Origin: Anaerolineae bacterium
Lineage (GTDB): Bacteria > Chloroflexota > Anaerolineae > B4-G1 > SLSP01
Direction of reading: 5' to 3'
Length of the DNA: 64,000 nt
Assembly: GCA_049975205.1 (NCBI GenBank)
Contig: JBNGDL010000013.1
Coordinates: 12,643-76,642 of the forward strand
The translations under genes were made by a program, and so were the position numbers. A model generated the notes under the pieces. It did no database searches, was not told where the DNA came from, and saw only the letters and a program-made list of their open reading frames with translations. Of the stretch, positions 16,780-27,170 are shown piece by piece (within the stretch, counting starts at the first letter, position 1; each line of letters starts with the position of its first letter).

Positions 16780-17751
16780 ATGATCGACGTACGTGACTTA
16801 ACCAAGTATTATGGTCCTATCCGCGCCTTAGAAGGGGTCTCTTTCACCATTGATAGTGGTGAGATTGTCGGTCTCCTGGGTCCCAACGGGGCCGGCAAGA
16901 CGACCTTCATCAAAATCCTCACAGGTTATCTCCAGCCCGATGCGGGCGAAGTGACTGTCGACGGTCTGGATGTCCAGGACCACACCCGCGAGATCCAGGC
17001 CCGCATTGGCTATCTACCCGAGACAGCTCCTCTCTATCCCGAGCTGTCGGTACAGGCCTATCTGCAGATGATGGCCGACTTGCGGAGAGTCCCTGAAGAG
17101 GAACAGGTGCGACGGATCTCTGAGGCGGTCTATGCCACCGGCCTCGAGGACCATCTGGCCCGCCCAATCGGCGAGCTCAGTAAGGGGTTCCGGCAGCGTG
17201 TGGGTCTGGCTCAGGCCATTCTCCATCGCCCCAAGCTGTTGATCCTTGACGAGCCCACCGTCGGATTGGACCCGACGCAGATCGTTGAGATCCGGCATCT
17301 GATTCGACGTCTGGCACGTCACAGCACGGTGCTCTTTTCGACCCATATTCTCTCTGAGGTGGAAGCACTCTGCGATCGCGCCATTATCCTGATCAATGGT
17401 CAGGTGAAGGCCGACGCCAGGCTTTCAGAGCTGGCAGCGACGTCGGATGCCGTGTTGGTGTTGGATCGCCTAGTCTCTGGCGTGGAGACCAGTCTGAAGC
17501 GTCTGGAGCAAGCTCGGGACGTGAGGCCCTTTGAGAATTTCGATGGCTATCCCGCCTTCCAGATCTTTGGCTCCCCGGAGGCAGGGGAGGGACTGACCCC
17601 GGCGATCTACGCTATGGCGCGAGAGCACGCATGGCCCGTCCGAGAGTTGCGACGAGATGTGCGAACTCTGGAGACCGTTTTCAACGAGTTGGCCACGGCG
17701 TCGGAGCCGACGGCCCAGGATCGTACGGCGGTTGCGGAGGTGGCAGCATGA
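16780..17751 (+). CDS. ABC transporter ATP-binding protein (GldA-like, ABC-2 type)
   Basis: Start re-set to MIDVRDLTKYYG (GAGGGAGGA RBS). Walker A GPNGAGKTT, signature LSKGFRQRV, Walker B LLILDEP. Confidence 0.9.
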   Translation: MIDVRDLTKYYGPIRALEGVSFTIDSGEIVGLLGPNGAGKTTFIKILTGYLQPDAGEVTVDGLDVQDHTREIQARIGYLPETAPLYPELSVQAYLQMMADLRRVPEEEQVRRISEAVYATGLEDHLARPIGELSKGFRQRVGLAQAILHRPKLLILDEPTVGLDPTQIVEIRHLIRRLARHSTVLFSTHILSEVEALCDRAIILINGQVKADARLSELAATSDAVLVLDRLVSGVETSLKRLEQARDVRPFENFDGYPAFQIFGSPEAGEGLTPAIYAMAREHAWPVRELRRDVRTLETVFNELATASEPTAQDRTAVAEVAA

Positions 17752-20700
17752 GGGATTGGATTCAACAGACGCTGACCGTCACCCGGAAAGAGCTACGCGG
17801 TTACTTCAGCTCGCCTATGGCGCTGATCTTTGTAGGCAGCTTCCTCGCTGCTGTACTCTTCTCGTTCTTCTGGGTTGACACGTTTTTTGCTCGGGGTATC
17901 GCGGACGTGCGTCCCTTGTTCCGTTGGATGCCCATTTTGATGATTTTCCTGGTCGCCGCGCTGACGATGCGGCAGTGGAGCGAGGAGCAGCGCTCGGGAA
18001 CCCTCGAGATTCTGCTGACCCTCCCCGTCTCGACGACGCAGTTGGTGATCGGGAAGTTCCTGGCTGTGGTGAGTTTGGTGGTCGTCGCGCTCTCTCTGAC
18101 GATCTTCCTCCCCATTACGGTCTCCTTGCTGGGGAATTTGGACTGGGGTCCTGTGGTTGGCGGGTATGTCGCCGCGACCTTGCTCGCAGGCGCTTATGCA
18201 GCAATCGGGCTCTTTATCTCGTCCCGGACGGATAACCAGATTGTTGCCTTGATCTCAACCGTCCTTCTGTGCGGCCTACTCTATCTAGTAGGCTCCGCCG
18301 GTGTGACGGACTTCTTTGGAAATGAGGTGGGTGAGGTCCTGAGAGCGATCGGTGCGGGCAGCCGCTTTGAGTCTATTCAGCGCGGTATCATCGATCTGAG
18401 AGACCTTGTCTACTATGTATCGCTTGCCGGGCTCTTCCTTACCCTCAATGTTATCTCGCTCAAAGCCAAAGGATGGAGCGAGGGAGAGCAGACGCTGCCG
18501 AAGCGACGGGGCGTCGCGATTACGTCGGCGTTGCTTGCGGTGAACTTGCTTTTTGCTAACGTCTGGATGTTCCCCCTGCGTGGTCTGCGGCTCGACCTCA
18601 CGGAGTACAACGAGTACACGCTGTCGGACACGACGAAGGAGCTGCTGAGCGCCTTGCAGGAGCCGTTGCTGATTCGGGGGTACTTTAGCGAGAAGACGCA
18701 TCCTCTGTTGGCGCCGCTGGTCCCGCGGGTGAGGGATATGCTTCGAGAATACCAGGTGGCGTCCGGCGGCACCGTTACGTTGGAGATCATAGATCCCGCC
18801 GAGGAGCCAGAGAAAGAGGCTGAGGCCAATCAGGTCTACGGCATCCAGCCCACGCCTTTCCAGGTCTCCGGGCGCTATGAGGCATCGGTGATTAACTCCT
18901 ACTTCAATATCCTCATTCAGTATGGGGATCAGAGCGCAGTGCTCGGCTTCAACGATCTGATCGAGGTGGAGCCCTTGCGCGACGGAGGTATTGACGTCCG
19001 GCTGCGCAACCTGGAGTATGATCTCACCAGCAGCATCAAGAAGGTCGTCTATGGGTTCCAGAGCGCGGACGCTATCTTGGCTTCGCTCACAGAACCCGTC
19101 CAGATGACGGTCTATATCACGCCTGACACGCTTCCCGAGTGGCTCTCCGAGGTCCCGAACACGATCGACACGGTCTTGCAGGATCTGGCTGAGCGCTCCG
19201 GCGGGCAGTTCACCTATGAGTTTGTGGATCCTGATGATCCAGATAGCGATGTCGGTCGGCAGGAGCTCTACGATCTCTACGGACTTCGTCCGCTTGCGGT
19301 CTCGCTCTTCTCTGATCAGAGCTACTATCTTTACATGGTGATGGAGTCGGGAGACAACATGCAGGTTGTCTACCCGCAGGGGGACGTGAGCGAGGCCGAT
19401 GTCCGGTCGGCGGTTGAGTCGGCCCTGAAGCGCACTGCGTCAGGGTTCCTGCAGGTCGTTGGTCTGTGGGTGCCACCCTCAACGCCTACCCAGGATATGT
19501 TCGGGCAGACGCAACAACCAATCTCCTCGTGGCAGCAGATTCGCGAGACCCTTGCGCAGGAGTATGAGGTTCGCACGATCGACCTTAGCACCGGCAACGT
19601 GCCGGCTGATGTCGATGTGCTTGTCCTCATTGGCCCTCAGGGTCTGGACGATAAGGCCCGTTATGCCATCGACCAACACCTGATGCGGGGAGGCTCTGTG
19701 GTGGTCGCCGCGGGTAACATGACGATTATGCCCGACCAGATGACCGGCAGTATTGCCGCACGCCCTCTTGAGGGAAGCCTCAAGGAGATGCTCGCGCACT
19801 ATGGGTTCACGGTCGAGGCGTCTCTGGTGCTGGACACTCAGAATGAGCCCTTCCCGATCCCCGTGACTCGACAGGTCGGGGGATATCAGGTGCAGGAGAT
19901 CCAGGCGTTGGACTATCCGATGTTCGTGGATATCCGCTCGGACGGCATGGCCAAGGACAGCCCCATCGTCAGTGGGTTGCCCGCGGTGACGCTCAACTGG
20001 GCTTCGCCGATCACGGTAGATGCAACGAAGAACGCCGAGCGTGAGGTGACGGCGCTCTTGAAGTCGTCACCCCAGTCCTGGCTGCAGGAAGGCTACGACA
20101 TTCAGCCGGACTTCGAGCTCTATCCTGAGACAGGCTTCCCGAGCTTGGGTACTACGCAGTCTTACACGTTGGCCGTCTCGGCCCGCGGTGTCTTTGAGTC
20201 CTACTTCGCAGACAGGGCCTCACCTTTGGAGGAAGCTGCCCAAAGCGAGGCTGAGGTTGCAGGGGAGGGCACCCCAACCCCGGAGACGCCGACGACGGTC
20301 GGCACCATCGAGGTGTCGCCCGATACGGCTCGTCTCGTGGTGATCGGGAGTCTGGAGTTCGTCGATGACATCGTGTTGGAGCTTTCTCAGACGCTGGGCG
20401 GCGACCGCTACCTGAACAATCTGAAGTTCGTGCAGAATGCGGTGGCGTGGAGTGTCGAGGATCTAGATCTGTTGAACATTCGATCGCGCGGCACCTCTGC
20501 GCGGGTGCTGATCCCGATGGAGGAGAATGAGCAATCGTTCTGGGAGATCCTGAACTATGCGCTGGCGCTGGCGGCCCTTGTGGTCATTGGCGGCGCCTCC
20601 GCAGTGCGCCGTCGTAGTGAGGCGCCGATGGCGTTGCTTCCTCGTGAGGAGGTAGGCTACGAATCATCGCGTCGTTGGAGCGCTGACGGCATGCAAGAGG

Positions 20701-20765
20701 CAAAGGCCTCTGGAGGAGTTCGCGGTGAGGCCCCTGAAGGGGCTTCGGAGGAGGTTGTGAGATGA
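17748..20765 (+). CDS. ABC-2 permease (GldF-like) fused to a GldG-like auxiliary domain
   Basis: Start ATG overlaps the upstream stop (ATGA). About 6 TM in the N-terminal roughly 270 aa. A large GldG/ABC_transp_aux-like extracytoplasmic region follows, then a C-terminal TM (ILNYALALAALVVIGG). Confidence 0.75.
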   Translation: MRDWIQQTLTVTRKELRGYFSSPMALIFVGSFLAAVLFSFFWVDTFFARGIADVRPLFRWMPILMIFLVAALTMRQWSEEQRSGTLEILLTLPVSTTQLVIGKFLAVVSLVVVALSLTIFLPITVSLLGNLDWGPVVGGYVAATLLAGAYAAIGLFISSRTDNQIVALISTVLLCGLLYLVGSAGVTDFFGNEVGEVLRAIGAGSRFESIQRGIIDLRDLVYYVSLAGLFLTLNVISLKAKGWSEGEQTLPKRRGVAITSALLAVNLLFANVWMFPLRGLRLDLTEYNEYTLSDTTKELLSALQEPLLIRGYFSEKTHPLLAPLVPRVRDMLREYQVASGGTVTLEIIDPAEEPEKEAEANQVYGIQPTPFQVSGRYEASVINSYFNILIQYGDQSAVLGFNDLIEVEPLRDGGIDVRLRNLEYDLTSSIKKVVYGFQSADAILASLTEPVQMTVYITPDTLPEWLSEVPNTIDTVLQDLAERSGGQFTYEFVDPDDPDSDVGRQELYDLYGLRPLAVSLFSDQSYYLYMVMESGDNMQVVYPQGDVSEADVRSAVESALKRTASGFLQVVGLWVPPSTPTQDMFGQTQQPISSWQQIRETLAQEYEVRTIDLSTGNVPADVDVLVLIGPQGLDDKARYAIDQHLMRGGSVVVAAGNMTIMPDQMTGSIAARPLEGSLKEMLAHYGFTVEASLVLDTQNEPFPIPVTRQVGGYQVQEIQALDYPMFVDIRSDGMAKDSPIVSGLPAVTLNWASPITVDATKNAEREVTALLKSSPQSWLQEGYDIQPDFELYPETGFPSLGTTQSYTLAVSARGVFESYFADRASPLEEAAQSEAEVAGEGTPTPETPTTVGTIEVSPDTARLVVIGSLEFVDDIVLELSQTLGGDRYLNNLKFVQNAVAWSVEDLDLLNIRSRGTSARVLIPMEENEQSFWEILNYALALAALVVIGGASAVRRRSEAPMALLPREEVGYESSRRWSADGMQEAKASGGVRGEAPEGASEEVVR

Positions 20766-21718
20766 AACGACATCAGCAGATCCTGTTAGGTGTGCTGGTC
20801 GTTCAGGTGATCCTGACCGCCGTGGTTTTCTGGCCGCGAGAGGCAGCGGTAAGCTCGGGAGAGCTGCTCTTTCCCGAGCTGACGACCGACGATATCGTGG
20901 CCCTGACGGTGATCGACAATGCAGGGGAAGAGATAACGCTGCGGAAGGTAGATGGGACCTGGGTCTTGCCTGACGGCGGCAACTACCCGGTCAAGGAAAG
21001 CACCATTACCCCGGTCCTGGAGAAGATCGTGGCTTTGGACACCGCGACACTCGTGGCTCGCACCGAGTCCAGCCATAAGGCGCTGCAGGTGTCTGACGAC
21101 ACCTTCCAACGGCGACTCGACATCGAGACGGCCGAGGGAGAGAGGCACACGATTTTCGTTGGCTCGGCTCCGCGCTACACCGCAACGCACTTCCGAGTTG
21201 CTGGGCAGCCGGAGACGTATCTGACGAGTGGGCTTTCCACCTGGGAGTTGAACCCGGCGGCCTCAGGATGGATCGACACCGCTTACACCGATGTCGACGC
21301 AGAGACGCTCACGAGCGTGGTCCTTGAAAACGGCCAGGGTGTCGTCACGTTGGTGAAGGACGGAGAGAACTGGACACTTGCCGACCTCGCCGAGGACGAG
21401 ACCATCGCGACCACCAAGACCAACGCCATCGTGCGGAATGCGACGGGGCTTTCGATGATGCGCCCCTTGGGCAAGACGGAAGAAGAGGCCTATGGGATGG
21501 CGTCGCCGAATGCCGTGGTCACGCTCGAGGCCGAGGACGGCGGGACGTATGTGCTCATGATCGGAGCAATCGATCCAGCTGACAATAGCTATGTGGCCAA
21601 GTACTCTGAGTCGCCGTACTACGTGCGCGTGCAGGAGTTCAACGTCAAGGCCATGGTTGAGAACAGTCGTGAGGACTTCCTCACCGTGCCCGCCACACCG
21701 ACGCCCGCGTCAGAGTAG
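20762..21718 (+). CDS. DUF4340-like protein (N-terminal anchor), partner of GldG-like systems
   Basis: ATGA start/stop overlap with the upstream gene. N-terminal TM. Position and composition fit the DUF4340 proteins that follow GldG-like genes. Confidence 0.6.
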   Translation: MKRHQQILLGVLVVQVILTAVVFWPREAAVSSGELLFPELTTDDIVALTVIDNAGEEITLRKVDGTWVLPDGGNYPVKESTITPVLEKIVALDTATLVARTESSHKALQVSDDTFQRRLDIETAEGERHTIFVGSAPRYTATHFRVAGQPETYLTSGLSTWELNPAASGWIDTAYTDVDAETLTSVVLENGQGVVTLVKDGENWTLADLAEDETIATTKTNAIVRNATGLSMMRPLGKTEEEAYGMASPNAVVTLEAEDGGTYVLMIGAIDPADNSYVAKYSESPYYVRVQEFNVKAMVENSREDFLTVPATPTPASE

Positions 21719-21776
21719 GGGTCGACGACCGGGCCGTGAGCTTCGACTCTGCTTGAACAGGAAGTTTGAATGAAAA

Positions 21777-21808
21777 GACGGAGGCGAGGAAGATTCCTCG
21801 CCTCCGTC
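21777..21808. terminator. Bidirectional terminator hairpin between convergent genes
   Basis: GACGGAGGCGAGGA-AGAT-TCCTCGCCTCCGTC, a 14-bp stem. It is flanked by AAAA on the plus strand, which is a U-tract for malQ on the minus strand. Confidence 0.6.
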
Positions 21809-21865
21809 TGTCGTACCGGCATTGTCTCTAGGGCGACTCAGGGCAAGCGCCTCGGTCGCTCGTAG

Positions 21866-23392
21866 CTACATCCACTTGGGGCGCTCCTGCTTCTCCTCGG
21901 GCTCGATACGTCCGTACGTGAGGGCGAACTCCTTGAGCTTCTCCTGCAGCTCTGTCGTGAAAGCCCCCCGCTCGAAGCGCCAGGTCCAGTTGTGCCCGAA
22001 CTTTCCGGGGGTGTTCATCCGCGCCTCACTCCCAAGTCCCAGGACGTCCTGAAGCGGCACGATCGCAAGGTCGGCCACGGAGCGACAGGCCATCCTGATC
22101 AGGGCCCAGTTGATGGGTTCGTCGATCGGGCCGAGGTAGCGGTGGCATGCTTCGAGCTCCTCCTCGTCCCGGCTCTCGTACCACCCGACGGTTGTGTCAT
22201 TGTCGTGGGTCCCCGTGTAGATTACGGCGTTGCGCTCCAGATTGTGGGGAAGGTACGGATTGCTGGCGTCCATTGTGAAGGCAAAATGCAGCACATTCAT
22301 CCCGGGGAAGGCGAACTCGTTCCGCAGCTCGGTGACGTCCTCGGTGATGTGACCCAGGTCCTCTGCGATAATCGGGAGCTCGCCCAGAGCGTCCCTGACC
22401 GCGTGGAAGAAGGCGACGCCTGGGCCCTCCTCCCAGTGACCATTGATAGCGGTAGGTTCCCCGGCGGGAATGGCCCAGTAGGCGGCGAATCCTCTGAAAT
22501 GGTCGAGACGCACGATGTCAACGGTCGTTAGGATCTGCTCGAAGCGGCGGACCCACCACTGGTAGTCATTTTCTGCGACGGCGTCCCAATCGTAGATGGG
22601 ATTGCCCCAGAGCTGCCCGGTAGGGCTGAAGTAGTCCGGCGGGACGCCCGCGACCTTGGTGGGGAGCAGGTCCTCGTCGAGGTAGAAGAGGTCGGGATGC
22701 GCCCAGACGTCGACGCTGTCATAGGCCACGAAGATGGGGATATCGCCCACAATCTGGATGCCATAGTCGTTTACGGTCTGCTTCAGGGCTTCCCACTGGC
22801 GGAAAAACTGGAACTGGAAGTAGCGATGGGCGAAGACGGTTTCGTCCAGTCGCTCGCGCCATTCTTGGAGCACCTCGGGGTCGCGTTTGACCAACCCCCT
22901 TTCCCACGTGTTCCAGACGGATCCGCCGTGCGCGTCCTTCAGGGCCATGAACAGGGCGAAGTCCTCCAGCCAATCCGCGTTCTCGTCACAGAAGTGGTCG
23001 AAGGCTGCCCGGCGGTCACCATGCTCGCGCTCGCGAAACGTCCTGGCTGCTCGCTGCAGGATCGCTGTCTTGAAGGAGATGACAGGCCCGAAGTCAACCT
23101 TATCCTCCGGGAAATCAGGCGCTTCCTCCAGATCCCCTTGAGCGACGTCACCTTCCTCCCTCAACTGCGTGAGATCGATGAGCATGGGATTCCCAGCCAG
23201 CGCGGAGAAACATGCGTAAGGGGAGTCCCCATAACCCGTTGGCCCCAGCGGCAGGATTTGCCAGAGGGTCTGTCCGCTCTCCTTGAGCTGCTCGGCGAAC
23301 TTGAAGGCGCTATCGCCGACTTCGCCAATGCCGAACCCGCCCGGCAGTGAGGTTGGATGTAGCAGAATTCCTCCGGACCGTCGGAAGCGCAT
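21866..23392 (-). CDS. malQ: 4-alpha-glucanotransferase (amylomaltase, GH77)
   Basis: MRFRRSGGILLHPTSLPGGFGIGE, WGNPIYDW, VRLDHFRGF, IAEDLG. Start re-set to the ATG with a GGAGGA RBS. Confidence 0.9.
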   Translation of the reverse strand: MRFRRSGGILLHPTSLPGGFGIGEVGDSAFKFAEQLKESGQTLWQILPLGPTGYGDSPYACFSALAGNPMLIDLTQLREEGDVAQGDLEEAPDFPEDKVDFGPVISFKTAILQRAARTFREREHGDRRAAFDHFCDENADWLEDFALFMALKDAHGGSVWNTWERGLVKRDPEVLQEWRERLDETVFAHRYFQFQFFRQWEALKQTVNDYGIQIVGDIPIFVAYDSVDVWAHPDLFYLDEDLLPTKVAGVPPDYFSPTGQLWGNPIYDWDAVAENDYQWWVRRFEQILTTVDIVRLDHFRGFAAYWAIPAGEPTAINGHWEEGPGVAFFHAVRDALGELPIIAEDLGHITEDVTELRNEFAFPGMNVLHFAFTMDASNPYLPHNLERNAVIYTGTHDNDTTVGWYESRDEEELEACHRYLGPIDEPINWALIRMACRSVADLAIVPLQDVLGLGSEARMNTPGKFGHNWTWRFERGAFTTELQEKLKEFALTYGRIEPEEKQERPKWM

Positions 23393-23622
23393 GGTATCCT
23401 CCATTCGTCGTCGTGATCTTGCGCTTGACTATACTGCCAATGCGCCACCGGCGCAAGAGAAGCTATGCACATACTTACGTGCGAGGGCGGTGATCGGAAT
23501 GACGGTCAAGCACGTTCTGCCGCATGCTCAGCTCGCCCTAAGAAGGAAGTGAACTCGGGGCGAATCTAGCTTTGTCGCTGAGGTTGATTGGCGCTACAAT
23601 AGATCGACGGAAAGGAGGAGCT

Positions 23623-24429
23623 ATGGTTGCGTTCTTTCGGATGTTCTCGCCGGTGGTGCAAGCGCTCATCGCCACGATGTTCACATGGTTTGTGACGGCG
23701 CTGGGCGCTGCCTCGGTCTTCATGACCAAGGAGGTGGACCGACGGGTCCTCGACGTGATGCTGGGTTTCGCCGGTGGTGTCATGGTTGCCGCGAGCTATT
23801 GGTCGCTTCTGGCCCCAGCCCTTGAAATGTCGGCGGGCATGGGCGTGCCGGAGTGGTTTCCCCCCGCGATTGGATTCCTGCTCGGGGGCGCTTTTCTCCG
23901 GCTCCTGGATCGTCTGTTGCCCCATCTTCACGTCGGCGAGGATCAACCCGAGGGGCTGAAGGTGACCTGGCAACGGATCACTCTTCTCATTCTCGCCATC
24001 ACGCTGCACAATCTACCGGAAGGGTTGGCGGTCGGGGTCGCTTTTGGGGCCTCCGGTGCGGGCATCCCCGGCGCCTCGGTGGCCGGCGCGATCGCCCTGG
24101 CATTGGGAATCGGTATTCAGAACTTCCCGGAAGGGGTCGCTGTTGCTATGCCGCTCCGCACTACAGACGTATCTCCGGCGAAGTCTTTTATGTTTGGGCA
24201 GCTTTCGGCGATCGTAGAGCCTATCGCGGGTGTTCTGGGGGCAGCTGCCGTGCTGATATTTCGCCCGATCCTGCCGTATGCGATGGCGTTCGCCGCGGGC
24301 GCGATGATTTTCGTGGTCGTGGAGGACCTTATCCCCGAAGCCCATGCTGAGGGCAACGTGGACCTCGCCACCCTGGGTGTGATGTTTGGCTTCGTAGTCA
24401 TGATGATCCTGGACGTCGCGCTGGGCTAG
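23623..24429 (+). CDS. ZIP family divalent metal transporter (ZupT-like)
   Basis: HNLPEGLAVG and QNFPEGVAVA motifs with multiple TM helices. Start re-set using the AAGGAGG RBS. Confidence 0.85.
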   Translation: MVAFFRMFSPVVQALIATMFTWFVTALGAASVFMTKEVDRRVLDVMLGFAGGVMVAASYWSLLAPALEMSAGMGVPEWFPPAIGFLLGGAFLRLLDRLLPHLHVGEDQPEGLKVTWQRITLLILAITLHNLPEGLAVGVAFGASGAGIPGASVAGAIALALGIGIQNFPEGVAVAMPLRTTDVSPAKSFMFGQLSAIVEPIAGVLGAAAVLIFRPILPYAMAFAAGAMIFVVVEDLIPEAHAEGNVDLATLGVMFGFVVMMILDVALG

Positions 24430-24512
24430 TAGATAGGATAAGCCGCAGCGTGCCGCGGGAACTTATCGGCTCCAACGTGGAAGACGGAGCGCGAGCTTAG
24501 GATGGAGGCGCT

Positions 24513-25196
24513 ATGGCGCAGAAGATACTGGTTGTGGATGATGAGGTCCAGATCGTGCGAGTCGTTCGGGGCTACCTGGAGAAGGCCGGCTATCGGGTCT
24601 TGACGGCTAGCAATGGGCGGGATGCCCTGTTTGTCGCCAGGGACGAGCACCCAGACCTCGTCGTTCTCGATCTGCAGATGCCGCAGATGGACGGGCTCGA
24701 GTTCACCCGTCGGATTCGGGCCGAGCAGCCCGATGTAGCCATCATTATGCTGACGGCTCGCGTTGAGGAGATGGACCGCGTTCTCGGGTTGGAGCTGGGG
24801 GCCGACGACTACGTGACGAAGCCCTTTAGCCCCCGGGAGTTGGTGGCGCGCGTGCGTGCCGTGCTGCGGCGCACGCAGGCCGAGCCTCAAGCGCCGAAGG
24901 TGCTGGAGGAGAAGGGTGTCGTGCTCGACCCGGGGCGTCGGGAGGTCTGGAAGGATGGGAAGGTGGTCGACCTGACCCCCACGGAATTCGAGCTTCTCGC
25001 AGAGCTGATGGGCGCCCCGGGTCGGGCCTTCTCCCGAGCGGAGCTGCTGGAGGCGGTCCAGGGGGTGGCGTTCGAGGCCTACGAGCGCACGGTGGACGTC
25101 CACATCAAGAATTTGCGCCAGAAGCTTGAGGATGACCCCTCGGATCCGCAGTATATCGGCACGGTCCGCGGTGTAGGGTATCGGTTCAACGATTGA
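24513..25196 (+). CDS. OmpR-family response regulator
   Basis: Receiver domain (DLVVLDLQMPQMDG) plus winged-helix domain (TVRGVGYRF). Confidence 0.9.
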   Translation: MAQKILVVDDEVQIVRVVRGYLEKAGYRVLTASNGRDALFVARDEHPDLVVLDLQMPQMDGLEFTRRIRAEQPDVAIIMLTARVEEMDRVLGLELGADDYVTKPFSPRELVARVRAVLRRTQAEPQAPKVLEEKGVVLDPGRREVWKDGKVVDLTPTEFELLAELMGAPGRAFSRAELLEAVQGVAFEAYERTVDVHIKNLRQKLEDDPSDPQYIGTVRGVGYRFND

Positions 25197-25200
25197 AGCC

Positions 25201-26589
25201 ATGAACCTTTACCAGAAGGGCCTGCTGGCCTTCGCTATTGTGATTCTCGTTGCCATCGTCGTGGTCGCGATCTTCGCCGGCTATCGCACGGAGACAGCCT
25301 TTCGGCGATATGCCGTGCTGTACAGCGGACGGATCCAGATGGTGGCTGAGGCTTTGGAAGTTTATTATGTTGAGCAGGGAACCTGGGCGGGGCTTCAGGA
25401 GGCGCTGCCCCAGTTGACGCTTCCGGGGCGGGGTCGCGCAGGTAGAGGAAACGGCTCCCTCGCTCAGCCAGAGGGGGAGACCACCTATCTTGTGGCCAAC
25501 GCTCAGCGCAACCTCGTGGCTAGCACCGAGGGCGCGCCGGAGGGTCACCTTTCCACGGCTGAGGTGCAGGCCGCCTTACCGCTGGTTGTCGATGGCGAGA
25601 CCGTCGGCTACCTCTTGCCGACCCAGGAGGGCGGTGCCCACATGGCCTTGGACGAGCCCGCCGCAGCCTTCTTGACCCGGTTGCGCTGGGCGCTGGCGCT
25701 GGGCGGTGGTACGGCGTTCCTCGTTGCGCTGTTGATGGCGGGACTGCTCACGCGCAGCATCGTAAGGCCCGTTCGGGAGCTGACACAGACCGCGGAGACC
25801 GTCGCCCAGGGCAAGTTTGACGTCCGCGTTGAGGTGAAGGGAGAGGACGAGATCGGGCGTTTGGCGACGACCTTCAATGAGATGGCTGCTTATTTGGAGC
25901 GTGCTGAGCGCGCACGCCGGGCACAGACGGCGGACATCGCCCACGAACTGCGCAACCCCTTGGCCGTCTTACAGAGCACCCTTGAGGCCCTCGCCGATGG
26001 CGTCTATCCGCCTACGGAGGAGAACATCGAGCCGGCCCTCGACCAGGTTCAGACGCTGAATCGGTTGGTGGAGGACCTTCGCACGTTGGCGCTGGCCGAC
26101 GCGGGGCAGCTTCAGCTCGACCTTCAACCCCTCGACCTCGGTCACTTGGCAGAGCACGTGACGGAAGCTTACCGGGATTCGTTGCGCGAGCAGGGCGTCA
26201 CGCTCCTCCTGGAGACGGCGTTGGAGGAGCGTGAGGTGGCGCTCGTCTTGGCCGACTACGCGCGAGTGACACAGGTGCTCAATAACATTCTAGGCAATGT
26301 CGCGCGGTATGTGCCGGCTGGCTCTACAGTGCGGATAAAGGTAGCCTCTGAGAACCGCGGCGGGACCTTGTGTGTGGCAGACAATGGTCCGGGGATTTCG
26401 GAGGAGCTGTTGCCAAGGCTCTTTGAGCGGTTCTGGCGTGGCGATCCGTCGCGCAGCCGTGCTACAGGGGGATCCGGTCTGGGGCTGGCCATCGCCCATC
26501 AGATCATCAAGGCGCATAGCGGGCGCATCTGGGCGGAGCCCACCCCCGGTGGAGGCCTGACCATCTGCTTCTGGCTGCCCAGCGCCTAG
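25201..26589 (+). CDS. Sensor histidine kinase (TM-sensor-TM-HAMP-HisKA-HATPase)
   Basis: H-box IAHELRNPL. G-boxes DNGPGI and GGSGLGLAI. Two TM segments flank a region of about 130 aa. Confidence 0.9.
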   Translation: MNLYQKGLLAFAIVILVAIVVVAIFAGYRTETAFRRYAVLYSGRIQMVAEALEVYYVEQGTWAGLQEALPQLTLPGRGRAGRGNGSLAQPEGETTYLVANAQRNLVASTEGAPEGHLSTAEVQAALPLVVDGETVGYLLPTQEGGAHMALDEPAAAFLTRLRWALALGGGTAFLVALLMAGLLTRSIVRPVRELTQTAETVAQGKFDVRVEVKGEDEIGRLATTFNEMAAYLERAERARRAQTADIAHELRNPLAVLQSTLEALADGVYPPTEENIEPALDQVQTLNRLVEDLRTLALADAGQLQLDLQPLDLGHLAEHVTEAYRDSLREQGVTLLLETALEEREVALVLADYARVTQVLNNILGNVARYVPAGSTVRIKVASENRGGTLCVADNGPGISEELLPRLFERFWRGDPSRSRATGGSGLGLAIAHQIIKAHSGRIWAEPTPGGGLTICFWLPSA

Positions 26590-26790
26590 CCGGATTCACA
26601 TCTTTGTAGCCAGCTCAATTTGCTTGTCCGCAAGCCCGATCCGCGGTTGCTTGACCGCGCGATTGGGCTTTTCGTTGTCTGGCACCGGCTTTACGCGACC
26701 CACATCCTTTCTTCATCATATCTTCACAGTGTGCTGATAGGCTATAGGGTAGTTGTAGATCATGCTTAATGGGTATCTTGGAGGTAGGAA

Positions 26791-27114
26791 ATGAATAAAA
26801 CTCTGCTCAACTACTGGCTCGACGTTGTGATTGGATTGGCCTTCATCGGCGCTGCTGTCACGGGTATTGCCTTTCTCTTTATGGGCTCTGGCGGTTATCA
26901 GGGTGGCCGGAATGCCGCCTATGCTGCTGCCTTCCTTAGCCTCAGTCGTGAGACCTGGAAGGACCTGCACACTCTGACCAGCCTCGTGATGACGGCCGGG
27001 GTGGGGACTCACCTGGTGTTTCATTTTAACTGGATCGTCTGCGTGACCAAGCGCATGCTGCCGAAGCTGCCGGTCATCGGTAAGCGGGAAGAGCCTTGCG
27101 AGGTCATGGCCTGA
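26791..27114 (+). CDS. DUF4405-like small membrane protein
   Basis: Three TM helices with conserved-looking His residues (HTLTS..GTHLVFHFNW). GGAGGTAGG RBS. Confidence 0.5.
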   Translation: MNKTLLNYWLDVVIGLAFIGAAVTGIAFLFMGSGGYQGGRNAAYAAAFLSLSRETWKDLHTLTSLVMTAGVGTHLVFHFNWIVCVTKRMLPKLPVIGKREEPCEVMA

Positions 27115-27170
27115 CCTATGTTGTCGCACAACAATCCAGGACTTAGTCGATTATTGTTAAGGAGTTTGTG

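Noticed and set aside
15235-17747. Upstream-most starts given in the track for the OFOR (15235), ABC ATPase (16666) and permease (17631) genes
   Set aside because: The N-terminal extensions overlap upstream genes, lack an RBS, and precede the conserved family N-termini. Internal ATGs with a Shine-Dalgarno or ATGA coupling were chosen instead. The same logic was applied at 2505, 9475, 23404, 23572, 29006, 29337, 30559, 32572, 37186, 40880 and 48403.
24426-25202. 258-aa minus-strand ORF over the OmpR-type regulator
   Set aside because: Antisense artefact. The plus-strand product is a canonical response regulator.
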